A DNA stretch of 48,298 bases from an uncultured Victivallales bacterium (GTDB taxonomy: Bacteria > Verrucomicrobiota > Kiritimatiellia > JAQICX01). Below, piece after piece: positions 9,750 to 19,649 of this stretch. The translations under genes were made by a program, and so were the position numbers. The notes beneath the pieces were generated by a model. That model worked only from the letters and a program-made list of their open reading frames with translations, had not been told where the DNA came from and searched no databases. Numbering within the stretch: the first letter of the stretch is position 1; every line of letters begins with the position of its first letter. The stretch spans positions 1 through 48,298 of the forward strand of contig CAYTUX010000282.1 in NCBI GenBank assembly GCA_964441455.1. The letters are read 5' to 3'.

Positions 9750-9979
9750 TACTCGGCACCATAAAACATATTGTTAATATCGTCATTCTCATCCATAAAA
9801 TCACTCGGTACTTCAAATTTACCTTTTAACAATCCAAGTTTTCTCTTACCAGTAGGCTTATGAATTACCAAGTCAGCAATTGGAAGATTGTGTTTGGCAA
9901 TTACAACCTTCTCGCCATGATAAACCATATCTATTAGCTTAGATAAATTTGTTTTTGCATCTGAAATATTAACTATCAT
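9749..9979 (-). CDS. type II antitoxin, Phd/YefM-like
   Basis: ISDAKTNLSKLID...GEKVVI signature. I chose the start at 9979 (MIVNIS) because a GGAGA RBS precedes it. The tracked 10018 start uses a non-ATG codon. Confidence 0.8.
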   Translation of the reverse strand: MIVNISDAKTNLSKLIDMVYHGEKVVIAKHNLPIADLVIHKPTGKRKLGLLKGKFEVPSDFMDENDDINNMFYGAE

Positions 9980-10080
9980 ATCTTTCTCCATATTTTTTAT
10001 TATGGTCTTTTGTACCAAAAGAGACTAAGTTAGTCAAGTTTTTTCACACCTGTTTTCTGTTGTGTGGATTGTAAAGCTTT

Positions 10081-11286
10081 TTACAAAAAGATACCAACGA
10101 TGCAGGCAGTCAGGACAGATGCGAAGAAACCGGCAACCATAGCTTTTAGTCCAAGTTTTGCAAAATCTTTGCGACGTTCCGGAACCAGAGTTCCTACACC
10201 ACCGACTAACAGACCAATTGTTGCAAGATTTGAAAACCCGCATAGTGCATATATTGCCAGAGTGTATGAACGATCAGATATCACATCCTTTAGCTTCAGC
10301 AACTCTAAATACCCTAAAAAATCACCGGCGATCACTTTAACTCCAAGAGTGCCGGCAACAGGCAGAACATCTTTCATCTCCACCCCCATTATCAATGCAA
10401 TAGGCGAAAGAATATATCCAATTATTCTCTGAAGAGTCATCTGCCCTCCAAAACCATCAGGAAGAATTGAGAACAGAGAATTTATTAATGCAATGACAGA
10501 AACAAATGCAAGCAGCACCGCCATAACAGTAAGGGCAAGTTTTAAACCTCTTTCAGCTCCTTTACAAGCTGCATCAAAAACATTTACAGCATCATTTGCA
10601 ACGGCAATATGACAAGAATCAATTGTCTTGGGTATAGAATCCTCTGGAATTAACAGCTTTGCCACAACCAGTGAGGCAGGTACTGACATTACAGTTGCAC
10701 TTACCAGATGTATTGCATTGAACCCCATATTGACATATGCGGCAAAGACACCGCCACCAATAGTTGCCATACCGCTGACCATTAAAACAAACAACTCTGA
10801 AGTTGTCATCTTACTTATATAAGGAAAAATAACTAGCGGTGCAACTGTAACACCAAAAAACATATTAGCAGAGGCAACCAGAGATTCAGCACCGGAGATT
10901 TTCAATGACTTATACATTATCAATGCAAAAAACTTAATAACTTTCTGTAAAATTCCAAGATAAAACAGAATACTCATTAAACAGGAGAAGAAAATTATTG
11001 CAGGTAGAACTTTTAAAGCAAAACAATCTGCGTAGTTATTGCCGAAAATATATGAAGCACCAACGCCGGAAAAACCAACTAATTTCAATGATAAAGCCTG
11101 AATTAATCCTCTGAAAAAAACTCCTGCTGAGGTTTTAAACATAAACAACGGTATTAAAAACTGAACCGAAAGAGCTATTAAGATAAGTCGCCATGATACT
11201 AATTTTCTTGACTTACTAAATAAAAACAGTATGAGAATAACAACTAAAACACCTGAAAAACTGGTAAACCGCTCTGAAAAATACAT
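10081..11286 (-). CDS. NupC/NupG family concentrative nucleoside transporter
   Basis: Polytopic membrane protein with CNT-like C-terminal half. I chose the ATG at 11286 (MYFSERF), which gives about 401 aa. Confidence 0.8.
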   Translation of the reverse strand: MYFSERFTSFSGVLVVILILFLFSKSRKLVSWRLILIALSVQFLIPLFMFKTSAGVFFRGLIQALSLKLVGFSGVGASYIFGNNYADCFALKVLPAIIFFSCLMSILFYLGILQKVIKFFALIMYKSLKISGAESLVASANMFFGVTVAPLVIFPYISKMTTSELFVLMVSGMATIGGGVFAAYVNMGFNAIHLVSATVMSVPASLVVAKLLIPEDSIPKTIDSCHIAVANDAVNVFDAACKGAERGLKLALTVMAVLLAFVSVIALINSLFSILPDGFGGQMTLQRIIGYILSPIALIMGVEMKDVLPVAGTLGVKVIAGDFLGYLELLKLKDVISDRSYTLAIYALCGFSNLATIGLLVGGVGTLVPERRKDFAKLGLKAMVAGFFASVLTACIVGIFL

Positions 11287-11559
11287 TTTTGTATCCCTGC
11301 CTTTCTTGGTTACATTTTTGAAACTAATATTTATCTGACAATTTCCTGACAAACTGAATTTTTATATCGTCAGATAGGATGTATTATTATAAAATCATCG
11401 CAAAACATAACACATATGAGAATATTAAGCAAATAATATATCTCAACAAAAAACTGGCACACTTGTTGCTATATAATTCACTAAAGTTAAATTTTAACAT
11501 TTGCTTTACGAATGATAACAAGCAAAGTGTAATAACAAAAAAAATAAGGAGTCATAAAA

Positions 11560-12318
11560 ATGACAAGAATAAAAACATTAACTGCAGTTTTAGCAGGTGT
11601 TGCAGTATTAGCAACATCAGCAATTGCACAAGAAGCGGCGGTAATGGTTGAAGAAGAAACGGCACCTGTAAGTTTATCTGTAGGAGTAGATCTTGCTTCT
11701 GCATACGTATTCCGCGGTGTGACATTTAATGATGGTATAGTTGCACAGCCCTGGATGGATGCGACAACAAGTTTTGGACTGAACTTTGGCGTTTGGGCTA
11801 ACTTTGACATCGACGATTATGATGGAACACTGGAAAAAAATCAGTTTTCTGAAATCGATATATATATTGGTTGGGGAACAACATTAGCTGACATGGTAGA
11901 TGTTGGTATAGGTTACTGTGAATACACATACCCAATGTACGGTGGAGAAGCTGACAGAGAAATTGCACTTTCTGCCGGTATGCCGCTAGGACCTATTGGA
12001 CTTGGTGTTGCTGCATATTTCGGTGTTGACGGTGGAATTGAAAAAACAATTTATCTGGAAGCAACAGCTGAATATGGGGTTGATATTACAGAAGAACTAA
12101 GTGCTGCAATTTATGGTTCAGCCGGATACTTAATTGACGACAACGATGGTGGCGAAAACGGATTTCAGGATTACACAGCAGGTGCATCTCTTTCATACGG
12201 AATCTTCGGTGCATCAGTTACATATATCGGACAGGGTGATGACAAAGTTCTACCTGAAGAACAATATGGATATGACGTAGAGGTTGTCGGTATGCTTTCT
12301 GTCGGATACGATTTCTAA
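11560..12318 (+). CDS. TorF-family putative outer-membrane porin
   Basis: Signal peptide ending AIAQE. SLSVGVDLASAYVFRGVTFNDG...QPW motif typical of the TIGR02001/TorF family. Strong AAGGAG RBS. Confidence 0.8.
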   Translation: MTRIKTLTAVLAGVAVLATSAIAQEAAVMVEEETAPVSLSVGVDLASAYVFRGVTFNDGIVAQPWMDATTSFGLNFGVWANFDIDDYDGTLEKNQFSEIDIYIGWGTTLADMVDVGIGYCEYTYPMYGGEADREIALSAGMPLGPIGLGVAAYFGVDGGIEKTIYLEATAEYGVDITEELSAAIYGSAGYLIDDNDGGENGFQDYTAGASLSYGIFGASVTYIGQGDDKVLPEEQYGYDVEVVGMLSVGYDF

Positions 12319-12345
12319 GAAAAGACTCCAGAATTATAATAGTTG

Positions 12346-12382
12346 ACCACTCAGTACATCTCGTGTTGAGTGGTTTTTTTTT
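12346..12382 (+). terminator. rho-independent terminator of the porin gene
   Basis: ACCACTCA/TGAGTGGT stem followed by a T9 run. Confidence 0.8.
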
Positions 12383-12562
12383 GGATCTCGAGTGACATTA
12401 AATTATAAAATCTATGAGATCATTCCAATTTGGGTGTCTAGAGATATTTATATAATACTTCTAACATTCCCTATATTTCTGTTGCTTCCACAGATTGAAT
12501 AAACATACCAATAAGGTTTCTATAAGGTAATCTAACAACACTAATAGGTTAAAATTTGTTTA

Positions 12563-13252
12563 TCATTTTTTTGCCGTTAGTTTTTGAAACAAATACCCTT
12601 TGAAAATCCAGAATCGTCGCATTCGATTAACCTTATTCAACAAGACTTGACGTTCTGGATCGAGCGGTTCTTTACACATTTTTTTCCATAATTTATAGAG
12701 TCCTGAATAATCTATGTTAAACAATTTTGCCTGTAACTTATGCGGCAACAAGGCAACCGAAATCATGCTCTGAAAATCAATAATTCCTGGTTTACCGTCT
12801 CGCTGGACAACCCAATTTGATGCACGTCGTAAATCAAGGTGAACCATTTTCCGTTTGTGTATTTCAGTTAGAATGCTTTCAGCTTCTAGAAAATAGCTTT
12901 TTGGAAGCCATTCTTTTTTACGGCGAATACTGCTAAGTGTCTCTCCCTCCAGATACTGGTAGCGTAAAGAAAAAGGAGAACAACGCTTAATTTTAGCAGG
13001 AACACCTGCAACTGCTGAAAGTCGCCGCAATGCAACAGCTTCTCGCCAAGTGAGGAAAATTCCTATAGTCCACCGAACCATAAATGAACGCATGCAAAAT
13101 CCTTTGCGAACGAACCATTGATTCTCTTTACAAAAAAGATAAACATTGGCATTAGCCCATTTTCCGAAATGGAGAAGGCTAATTTTCTTAGCTCCATCCA
13201 TCCAAGGAAGATATTGAAATTCGGAAGTCATATTATCTTTAGTCAAGTTCAT
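12563..13252 (-). CDS. Kdo/WaaP/RIO-like small protein kinase family protein
   Basis: HLDLRRASNW catalytic-loop-like motif and IIDFQ (DFG-like), 229 aa. Confidence 0.55.
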   Translation of the reverse strand: MNLTKDNMTSEFQYLPWMDGAKKISLLHFGKWANANVYLFCKENQWFVRKGFCMRSFMVRWTIGIFLTWREAVALRRLSAVAGVPAKIKRCSPFSLRYQYLEGETLSSIRRKKEWLPKSYFLEAESILTEIHKRKMVHLDLRRASNWVVQRDGKPGIIDFQSMISVALLPHKLQAKLFNIDYSGLYKLWKKMCKEPLDPERQVLLNKVNRMRRFWIFKGYLFQKLTAKK

Positions 13253-13412
13253 ATTTTATATAAAATTACCATAGTCGAATAACCAACTATCCTGTTTTTT
13301 CATGAAGTGGATTTTTTTCGACATATTATAATTCTCAAATTATTCTATTTCCTAAAGTTTACCATTCATTTTTAATGATCTATTGGTTATATTTTGGGTT
13401 CTTTCTTTGATA

Positions 13413-13775
13413 TTAAGATGTATTTTCATCTAACCTATTTAGTTGTTCTAATGTCTGCTGAGCTATTTTCATATTTTTATTAAAGTGATTTTTCAGACGT
13501 TTAATAAGTTGTGCTTGTTTTTCATGATCTTGTGCATAATACGGGTGGGTTTGAAGTCTCTCAACCCATTTCATATTTTCATCAATTTCTTCAGGAATTA
13601 ATTCGCTGTCGTGCCTGACTGCATCCCGAGGGCAAACGCTGTGACATATCCCGCATCGAATACAACTTTCCTGATTCAATTCTGCTTTTTGATCATAAAC
13701 TTTAATGGCATTGGCTGGACACTTTCGTTCGCAAATGCCGCATCCTGTACACATTGATGAATTAATCCATGGCAT
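13413..13775 (-). CDS. 2x[4Fe-4S] ferredoxin-domain protein with helical C-terminal extension
   Basis: CTGCGICERKCP and CIRCGICHSVCP cluster motifs. Confidence 0.85.
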   Translation of the reverse strand: MPWINSSMCTGCGICERKCPANAIKVYDQKAELNQESCIRCGICHSVCPRDAVRHDSELIPEEIDENMKWVERLQTHPYYAQDHEKQAQLIKRLKNHFNKNMKIAQQTLEQLNRLDENTS

Positions 13776-13787
13776 GGTTTTACTCCT

Positions 13788-13859
13788 TTATAATGTTGTT
13801 TTAATTTTAGTACGATAAGCCAGACTGTAAGCAGCTGACAAAAGTTGAATACTTAAAGT
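13788..13859 (-). pseudogene. relic 3' end of an RND permease gene
   Basis: Translates to ...LLSAAYSLAYRTKIKTTL*. The C-terminus of the intact RND gene is FLPATYSLAYRTKHVID*. The DNA matches 15268-15303 at 27 of 36 positions. Confidence 0.6.
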
Positions 13860-13865
13860 TTATTT

Positions 13866-15224
13866 TCATGAAATTCCTTTTATCGTTTTCTCACTCATGT
13901 ATTGAATGATATCTTCTTGAGTTAACACGTTTGTCGGACGACCTTGATCATCCGCAATAATCACCTTGTATTCATGGGTTCGTTTCATTTTGCCTAGTGC
14001 TTCTTTAAGGGGGGTTTTTGCAGTAGCGAAGGCAACGGGGTTCAGCGCCAGATTTACCAAAGGAGTGTCATATGGGGTTTCATCGGCCAGTGCATCCAGA
14101 ATGCTGGCGGAGGAAAGCATACCGATTGCTTTTTCGTGGTCGTCTAACACAACAAAAGAGTGGATATTTTCTTCTGCTAGCAGATTAAGGGCTTGTTTTA
14201 AAGTAGCACTTAAATGTAGCGAAAAGACTCCTTCAAGCATCAAATGACCAACGCTGACTTCCTGAGCTGGACCGAACAGGCGGTCTGTGAATTTGATATA
14301 CCAGGCTGCTGATTGTACCTGAATAATGTAGGCCAATGCTATAATCAGTGCGATTTCCGAACCATCTTTACCAAATGCGGTCATCGCGATAGCCAATGCA
14401 ATCGACAGGTTGCGCATCACAGTTCCGTAGACCAGAGCAATGGCATCTTCGCGATTAAAGAAAAGTTTTCCGATCAGAGTGCTCAGCATAAAATTGAGTC
14501 CGTAAAGAACGAGCAGCGGCACAATCAGTGTGACCAATTGCTTGGGATTCGAAATGATAGATTGTGCTTTAAGTGCCATTGCCACAAAAACTATTCCAAC
14601 GACACCCAAGGTGGAAAATAACGGAAAAATCGCCTTTAAGTCTTTTTGGTAATGTGCCGTTCCATAGCGGTGAATTATGAATCTCCGCGTTAGATTACCC
14701 ATAACAAGGGGGATTACCACCACAATCAAGATCTGCCTAAAGATCTTCACCATCGGAATTTCAACGACAGTTCCCATCAAACCTTTAATGTAGATAGGGG
14801 TTAGAATGGATCCGATAAGCAGCCCGAATACAGTCATTTTTACCGCAGCAGACATATTACCGCGTGCCATACCTGTCCAAGAAATGGTCATTCCAGAAGT
14901 AGGCAGAAGACTGGCCAACAAGAGCCCGATTGCTGCTAAAGGCAAATCTGGAAATGCAAGTTTTCCTATCCAAAATGCACAGAGCGGAATCACCGTGAAG
15001 TTGATCAATTGAGTAACCAACTGAACTTTGAAATCGCCGCCTTCCAGAACCTTTTTAAGCTGAAGGTTCACCATCATCGGATAAACCATCAGGAAGGTGA
15101 GTGGCATGATGAGTTGTTTTAATGGTGCCGGGTTGATTACGATCCCGTCAAAAAAACCAGCAATCATGACAACTGGAATCACAAATACCAGATATTTTTG
15201 AATTTTTTTTAGATAATGTAGCAT
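13866..15224 (-). CDS. SBF/ACR3-like (bile acid:Na+ symporter / arsenite efflux superfamily) transporter fused to a C-terminal CBS pair
   Basis: About 320-aa polytopic domain resembling BASS/ACR3 transporters, plus about 130 aa with a CBS-like pattern. Confidence 0.7.
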   Translation of the reverse strand: MLHYLKKIQKYLVFVIPVVMIAGFFDGIVINPAPLKQLIMPLTFLMVYPMMVNLQLKKVLEGGDFKVQLVTQLINFTVIPLCAFWIGKLAFPDLPLAAIGLLLASLLPTSGMTISWTGMARGNMSAAVKMTVFGLLIGSILTPIYIKGLMGTVVEIPMVKIFRQILIVVVIPLVMGNLTRRFIIHRYGTAHYQKDLKAIFPLFSTLGVVGIVFVAMALKAQSIISNPKQLVTLIVPLLVLYGLNFMLSTLIGKLFFNREDAIALVYGTVMRNLSIALAIAMTAFGKDGSEIALIIALAYIIQVQSAAWYIKFTDRLFGPAQEVSVGHLMLEGVFSLHLSATLKQALNLLAEENIHSFVVLDDHEKAIGMLSSASILDALADETPYDTPLVNLALNPVAFATAKTPLKEALGKMKRTHEYKVIIADDQGRPTNVLTQEDIIQYMSEKTIKGIS

Positions 15225-15252
15225 ATAAATGTCTCCTATGTATGTTTATAAA

Positions 15253-18200
15253 TTAATCTATAACATGTTTTGTTCGATACGCCAGACTATAAGTAGCTGG
15301 CAAGAATAGTAGGGTTAATAATAACGAGTAGATTAAGCCGCCGATGACCGCAATGGCCATAGTAACAAGCATATCCCCACCTTCGCCGATATTCATTGCC
15401 AGCGGAGTCAAACCTAGAACGGTGGTTAGCTGTGTCATCAAAATAGGACGAACACGTAATGGTGCCGCTTTGCGAATGGCATCCAAAGGCGAAAGTCCAT
15501 TACTGCGATATTCCTCCGCCAATGACAGAAGAACAACACCTTGTGATGTAATTCCTCCCATCATTACCAATACTCCTATTTGTACGGTGACTCCAATCGG
15601 GGCAGCAAATATGCCCAATGCAATGAAAACTCCTGTCAAAGTGAGTGGTACATTGAACATAATTAACAACGGCAGAATAAATGACTCAAATTGTATAGCA
15701 AGAATAACGTATGCGAACAATGCGGCAAAACCAAGAATCAGTCCCATAACCTGACGGCTTTCCGCCATCAGGCGAGCTTCACTGCCCATAGATACATCGA
15801 CACCGGAAGGTGGCTCTAGATCAGTTGCAGCTTGTTCTGCAAGTTTCAAAGCCTCTCCTACGCTGATTCCAGACGCATCTGCACGTACAATAACACGCAT
15901 GATTTGGTCTTCTCTTGATATTTCAACGGGACCAACAGCACGTGTTACCGAGGCAATATCACGCAAGTAAATTGGTTCACCATTACGAGTGTCAATAATT
16001 AGGTTCTGAAGATCCTGTTTGTTTCTCAGAGAAATTTCTGGCACCATAACACGGATAGGATAATATTCTGAACCTTCACGATACTGTGTTCCAACCACAC
16101 CCTGTACAAGAGAATGCATAACTGTCGCTACCTTATCAACTGAAAGTCCCATAGCAGAGGCCCGTGCACGATCAATATGAATCCGATATTCAGGTTTGGT
16201 CATATCCATCGAAATATTTACGCCTGACAATCCGGGAATCCGACGCATTTTATCAGCCAGTTCTTCTGAAAACTCATAAATGGCAACAACATCGGTACCT
16301 TTTATGTTCACTTCAACATCCTGTTCTCCGACTTTACGCATCCCTTTGATAGGTCTTGCTTTTACAGGAAGTTTGGCTCCAGGTTCGTCCGATTGAATTT
16401 TCTTGATGACAGGGCGAATCTTGGAAATAAATTCCGAGGTGCTGATTTTCCGTTGTCCTCGCGGCACAAGCTGAATGTTCAGATCGCCTTCATTGCCGAC
16501 TTCAAGTGTATAGAGACCAAAAACTCGCCCACCCGCCATTCTGAACATACTTTCTATTTCCGGAAGTCCTGCCAGTTTGTTTTCGACTCGCGTGAGGATT
16601 CGATCCACCTCAGCAACTGATGTGCCACTCGGTAACTTCAACTTCACCATAACACGACCATCATCCAGTTTTGGCAAAAACTCAGACCCTGATCGCTTGA
16701 CCATCCATAAACCTGAAAGAAAAATTATTAAACTAACTAGAACAACCAGCCATCTGATCCCCAGACAAAAGTCTAGCAGATGTTTATACCCCATAATAGA
16801 TATCTCAATTATGTGATCAAAGGTTCTAGCCACTTTGGATGCTTGTGCATTAGGCTCACTGCGCAACAGACGATCTGTCAAAAGTGGCGTAAGCGTGATG
16901 GCAACAAACAAGGAAATAACTACTACGCCGGCAACAACCAATACAAGTTCTTTGAAAAGAATTGCCGACATACCTGGAACAAATACAAAAGGAAGAAAAA
17001 TTGCAAGAAAGGTAAGAGTTGCTGTAACCACCGCGGAACCTACCTCGGCTGTTCCACGCTCAGCATAATCTTCAACTCCTTCCGCTTTAAGACGTGTTAT
17101 ATTTTCCAACACAACAATCGAGTTGTCTAGAATAACACCTAAAGCAACTACTAGACCACCCAGTGAAAAGACATTGATGGAAAATCCCGCCGCTTTCATT
17201 AATGCAAAGTTGGCAAGCAATGTGACCGGAAGAGCCACCATCATGACAACAACCTGACGCCATCTCCCCAAAAAAAGGTAAACGACAAAAATTACCAGTA
17301 TAGCCGCTATCAAAGCGGAATTCTTGACACTGCTGATAGCTCCCATAACATAGGTACTCTCATCTTCAACATATCCAAACTCAATTCCAGCCGGAATACT
17401 ACCCCTGTCTTTCAGCTCCTGTAAGCGTGCCTTGACTCCTTCTGCAACTTCAACGGCATTCGCGGCATATTGCTTGAGCACTTTGAATTCAATACAGGGA
17501 ATGCCATTGAAATGGGTCTGAATACGCATTTCCTCATGCGAATCTTCAACCCTAGCCAAATCGCGGACATAGACTTCCTCACCTGTAGACGTCCTAGCCA
17601 CAACAACATTTCTGATCTCTTCCAGATTTTCAAATTCCCCTACTGTCCGGGCAATAATTTCCAGTGGTTCAATAGTCACACGACCTGCAAAAGTTTCAGT
17701 ATTCTCGTCATGCAGCGCCTTGACAATGCTTCCTGGAGATAGTTTATACGCCTGCAGACGTTCCGGATCCAGATGCACACGAATTTCTCGTTCCAAACCT
17801 CCAACAATTTCTGCTCCCGCAGTTCCCGGCACAGTCGCCAATCGATCCATCAACCAGGTATCTGCCCATTCATAAAGTTCAACTGAATCATACGTATCAG
17901 AGGTAATCATAACTTCAATGACGGGCAACTGGGATGGATCTGCTTTTATAACAACCGGAGGATCCATGTCACGTGGCAGTTTTTTAGATACACGTCCCAT
18001 AGCTGCTACAACATCCTGAAAAGCAACCTCAACATCAACCCCATATGAAAAATTTATTAGCAGAGTGTACATACCTTCAATGCTTGACGATTCTATATAA
18101 TCAAGACCGTCAACAGTTGAAATAACTTCCTCCATCGGATCGGCAATATTTGTCTGTATGTCTTCTGCGGTTGCACCGCGCCACCAGACATGAACTTTAA

Positions 18201-18333
18201 CCATGGGATAAGAGATGGTTGGGAGATAGTTAACCTCCAGTTGCGACAAACTGAAAAGTCCCGTCGCAAACAAGGCAACTACCAGTACTGTAACAGCCAC
18301 AGGGCGTTTTAATGATGCTACTGTCAGTTTCAT
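15253..18333 (-). CDS. efflux RND transporter permease subunit (AcrB/HAE type)
   Basis: 1026 aa with 12-TM architecture and two large periplasmic loops. Typical N-terminus RPVAVTVLV. Confidence 0.95.
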   Translation of the reverse strand: MKLTVASLKRPVAVTVLVVALFATGLFSLSQLEVNYLPTISYPMVKVHVWWRGATAEDIQTNIADPMEEVISTVDGLDYIESSSIEGMYTLLINFSYGVDVEVAFQDVVAAMGRVSKKLPRDMDPPVVIKADPSQLPVIEVMITSDTYDSVELYEWADTWLMDRLATVPGTAGAEIVGGLEREIRVHLDPERLQAYKLSPGSIVKALHDENTETFAGRVTIEPLEIIARTVGEFENLEEIRNVVVARTSTGEEVYVRDLARVEDSHEEMRIQTHFNGIPCIEFKVLKQYAANAVEVAEGVKARLQELKDRGSIPAGIEFGYVEDESTYVMGAISSVKNSALIAAILVIFVVYLFLGRWRQVVVMMVALPVTLLANFALMKAAGFSINVFSLGGLVVALGVILDNSIVVLENITRLKAEGVEDYAERGTAEVGSAVVTATLTFLAIFLPFVFVPGMSAILFKELVLVVAGVVVISLFVAITLTPLLTDRLLRSEPNAQASKVARTFDHIIEISIMGYKHLLDFCLGIRWLVVLVSLIIFLSGLWMVKRSGSEFLPKLDDGRVMVKLKLPSGTSVAEVDRILTRVENKLAGLPEIESMFRMAGGRVFGLYTLEVGNEGDLNIQLVPRGQRKISTSEFISKIRPVIKKIQSDEPGAKLPVKARPIKGMRKVGEQDVEVNIKGTDVVAIYEFSEELADKMRRIPGLSGVNISMDMTKPEYRIHIDRARASAMGLSVDKVATVMHSLVQGVVGTQYREGSEYYPIRVMVPEISLRNKQDLQNLIIDTRNGEPIYLRDIASVTRAVGPVEISREDQIMRVIVRADASGISVGEALKLAEQAATDLEPPSGVDVSMGSEARLMAESRQVMGLILGFAALFAYVILAIQFESFILPLLIMFNVPLTLTGVFIALGIFAAPIGVTVQIGVLVMMGGITSQGVVLLSLAEEYRSNGLSPLDAIRKAAPLRVRPILMTQLTTVLGLTPLAMNIGEGGDMLVTMAIAVIGGLIYSLLLTLLFLPATYSLAYRTKHVID

Positions 18334-18335
18334 TG

Positions 18336-19631
18336 TTACTTGCCTTCCGATTTAGCTGTTTCAACATTGTTCGTTTTAATCTTGGCACCATTCTTCAGAT
18401 TCAGATTCCCCTCTGTCACAACAAATTCACCAGGTTCAACCCCTGTAATAATCTGAACTTGTTCCCCTTGTTCAAGACCTAAAGTCACTAGTCGCTTAAC
18501 GGCAACCCCTCCCTGATCAACAAACAAAACCTTATCGCCACGAGGTGTGGCTACAATAGCTTTGACCGGAACAACAACCGCATCGTCAGTAATCCGTCCA
18601 GTAAGAGACACTCGGGCAAACATACGAGGCAATAATTCCACTGGGTCTGTGATACGCAACTCAACCAGTCGAGTCCGGGAATTCATTTCCAGATTCGGAT
18701 AGATTCGTTCAATTACTGCAGAAAATGTTTTCCCCGGATAGGCATCCAGACTGACAGTTGCCGGTGCTCCCTGACGCAAATAAGTTGCACTCTTTTCAGG
18801 CAGACCTGCACGAACAACCAAACTGGTCGGATCCATTATTTTCAAAAGTGGTTGACGAGGAACCGCCATATCACCGGGACGAATATAAACTTGCGTAATA
18901 ATTCCGGCAAATGGTGCAGATATCAGACACTCATCCAGTTTGGCTTGCGCCATATCGCGACGGGCAACCACCGCATCAACAGTTGCCTGTGCCACGGCAA
19001 TTTCTGTTTTGGTCGGACCAGCCGCCAAAATCTTGACCTCCTCCTTTGCTGATTCAAACTGAGTCTTGCATTTTATATAATCTACATAAGCTTTTTCTTT
19101 GGTTTCAGCTGGCAGTGAACCGCTTTCCACCAGAGAACTTATTCTGTCAAGATCTGCCTTTGCAAACTTTGTGCAATCCGCAAAATGAAGCATAGTTTCG
19201 CGAGCCTGAGCAATCTCTTCCGGTCGGGCACCAGCTTTCAAATCGTCTAATTTTGCCTGCGCCACTGCACAAGCTGCATTTGCTTCAGCCAGCTCCTGAT
19301 TGTAAAGCGGACGACTGATCCTGATTAGGTCTTCACCCGCTTCACCAATTTTGTCGCCTTCTCTCCAGGGACAAAAAGTTATAGGACCCTCTACTGTCGA
19401 CTTAAGTAGAACTGTATTCATTGCCAATACATCGCCAGTTGTTAACAGCTGTTCTTCCAGACGAGTTTCAGTTGCCAGAGAGGTAACGACACTGCTGACA
19501 ACTGGAGGTTTGGTTTGTTGTTTCGAACCACAACCACTCAGTGTAGCAATTAATATCCCAAAACTCATTCCTACAAGAAAAAGCCGCGTCAGTGATTTGT
19601 GAGTTCTGTTCTTTATTCTAATTGATTTCAT
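18336..19631 (-). CDS. efflux RND periplasmic adaptor (MFP/HlyD) lipoprotein
   Basis: Lipobox LSGCGS, coiled-coil hairpin, beta-barrel C-terminus. Lies 2 nt upstream of the RND gene. Confidence 0.9.
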   Translation of the reverse strand: MKSIRIKNRTHKSLTRLFLVGMSFGILIATLSGCGSKQQTKPPVVSSVVTSLATETRLEEQLLTTGDVLAMNTVLLKSTVEGPITFCPWREGDKIGEAGEDLIRISRPLYNQELAEANAACAVAQAKLDDLKAGARPEEIAQARETMLHFADCTKFAKADLDRISSLVESGSLPAETKEKAYVDYIKCKTQFESAKEEVKILAAGPTKTEIAVAQATVDAVVARRDMAQAKLDECLISAPFAGIITQVYIRPGDMAVPRQPLLKIMDPTSLVVRAGLPEKSATYLRQGAPATVSLDAYPGKTFSAVIERIYPNLEMNSRTRLVELRITDPVELLPRMFARVSLTGRITDDAVVVPVKAIVATPRGDKVLFVDQGGVAVKRLVTLGLEQGEQVQIITGVEPGEFVVTEGNLNLKNGAKIKTNNVETAKSEGK

Positions 19632-19649
19632 TAATATATTTCCTTATAT

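Noticed and set aside
15344-17742. Multiple 60-136 aa ORFs antisense to or out of frame with the RND permease gene. The same applies to similar ORFs inside mutS, etfA, the helicase and other long genes.
   Set aside because: They are fully nested in long, well-supported genes. They have low-complexity or skewed composition and show no independent signals.
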